Assembly: GCA_030747675.1 (NCBI GenBank)
Contig: JASLKH010000020.1
Location: 1 to 15,398, forward strand
Direction of reading: 5' to 3'
Length of the DNA stretch: 15,398 nt
Origin: Candidatus Thalassarchaeaceae archaeon
GTDB lineage: Archaea; Thermoplasmatota; Poseidoniia; Poseidoniales; Thalassarchaeaceae
Part shown: positions 14,599 through 15,398 of the stretch, in pieces
Position numbering within the stretch: the stretch's first letter is position 1
Layout of the letters: each line of letters begins with the position of its first letter
Notes under the pieces: generated by a model
Told to the model about the DNA's origin: nothing
What the model saw: only the letters and a program-made list of their open reading frames with translations
Databases searched by the model: none
Program-made: the position numbers and the translations under genes

Positions 14599-15398
14599 AT
14601 GGGATGGGATGCCTCGTTCGCCTCTCGGGCCGATTCGGGCGACTTGAATGTCGCAATAATTGGTCTCGGATATGTCGGTCTACCGACTGCTATTGGGTTC
14701 CGTGATGCTGGATTCAATGTATGGGGTGTGGACATTTCAGAGCGTATTGTGAATGCGCTGCATGAAGGACGTAATCCCCTTGGCGACCCAGATCTAAACG
14801 ATATGATTCCGGCACCTAATTCGGAAAGATGGCATATTACTCGAAATACATCGGAAGCGACTCAAGCTTGTGATGTTCTAATCGTCACAGTCCCAACACC
14901 AGTTTCACCAGATTTGAAGCCAGACCTCAGTTATGTCGAAAGTGCTGGTCGGGCTATCTTTGAAGCGACATCAAAGGGTTCACACAAGGTTGTTATTTTG
15001 GAAAGTACAGTTTATCCGGGTGTAACTGCAAGCACTTGGTTACCAATTCTAGAGGAACTAGGGCTAATCGAAGGTGAAGATGTGGAAGTTGCATATTGCC
15101 CTGAAAGATTCAATCCAGGTGACCCAAACCATGGTGTACGACAAGTCGCACGGGTGATTGGCTGTTCGAATCCTGAAGTTGGACAAAGTTTGGTCAATTT
15201 GTATCAACGCCTCACTTCTGAAGATGTTCGATATGTAGGAAAAGTTGAGGTTGCTGAAGCAACAAAGGTCATCGAAAATGTACAACGCGATATTAATATT
15301 GCATTGGTTAACGAGTTGGCTCAGATTTTCCCTGAATTGGACCTTGATGTGGAAGATGTTCTTACATCGGCTTCCACAAAATGGAATTTTCATAGATA
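14599..15398 (+). CDS. UDP-N-acetylhexosamine 6-dehydrogenase (TviB/WbpO-like), truncated by the window edge
   Basis: Manual translation from the ATG at 14599: MGWDASFASRADSGDLNVAIIGLGYVGLPTA...VTVPTPV..DLKPDLSYV...ESTVYPG...CPERFNPG...KVIENVQRDINIALVNE...TKWNF. The frame stays open to the window end. Not in the ORF track. Confidence 0.95.
   Translation, partial: MGWDASFASRADSGDLNVAIIGLGYVGLPTAIGFRDAGFNVWGVDISERIVNALHEGRNPLGDPDLNDMIPAPNSERWHITRNTSEATQACDVLIVTVPTPVSPDLKPDLSYVESAGRAIFEATSKGSHKVVILESTVYPGVTASTWLPILEELGLIEGEDVEVAYCPERFNPGDPNHGVRQVARVIGCSNPEVGQSLVNLYQRLTSEDVRYVGKVEVAEATKVIENVQRDINIALVNELAQIFPELDLDVEDVLTSASTKWNFHR

Noticed and set aside
348-15393. The shorter overlapping or antisense ORFs in the track (e.g. 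999-1286, 3303-3644, 7912-8382, 8759-9280, 9573-9953, 9983-10456, 12468-12968, 13943-14383, 14385-14735, 15064-15393)
   Set aside because: They lie largely or wholly within well-supported genes on another frame or strand and have no recognisable motifs.
1-15398. Search for CRISPR arrays, tRNA/rRNA genes, IS elements, integrases and inteins
   Set aside because: I saw no periodic repeat-spacer array, tRNA cloverleaf, transposase/integrase motif or intein signature by eye. tRNAscan-SE and cmscan were not run.

Overview
Gene-dense archaeal chromosomal segment. An archaeal phosphopantothenate synthetase, KEOPS Pcc1, GGTGA/GAGGTG ribosome-binding sites and ORB-like boxes indicate an archaeon. Bacterial-type MutY, a GST and DUF805 fit a mesophilic Thermoplasmatota lineage such as Marine Group II/III, which is an inference. 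There are 18 supportable CDSs. Two run off the window edges and are missing from the ORF track: an aquaporin at 1-217 and a TviB/WbpO-like nucleotide-sugar dehydrogenase at 14599-15398. No CRISPR array, tRNA, rRNA or mobile element was recognised. The most interesting signals are mostly non-coding. (1) Two origin-recognition-box-like palindromes flank an AT-rich spacer at 3889-3964, a candidate replication origin with no cdc6/orc1 gene in the window. (2) A 90-nt branched fold-back sits next to it at 3752-3841. (3) A GC-rich RNA-like element with GNRA tetraloops at 7371-7461 lies upstream of nadC. The aquaporin has an AQP8/TIP-type His in its filter, and a three-gene cluster of unknown function (11245-13566) encodes winged-helix, clamp-motif and membrane coiled-coil features. 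All family calls are from motif recognition by eye; no searches were run.
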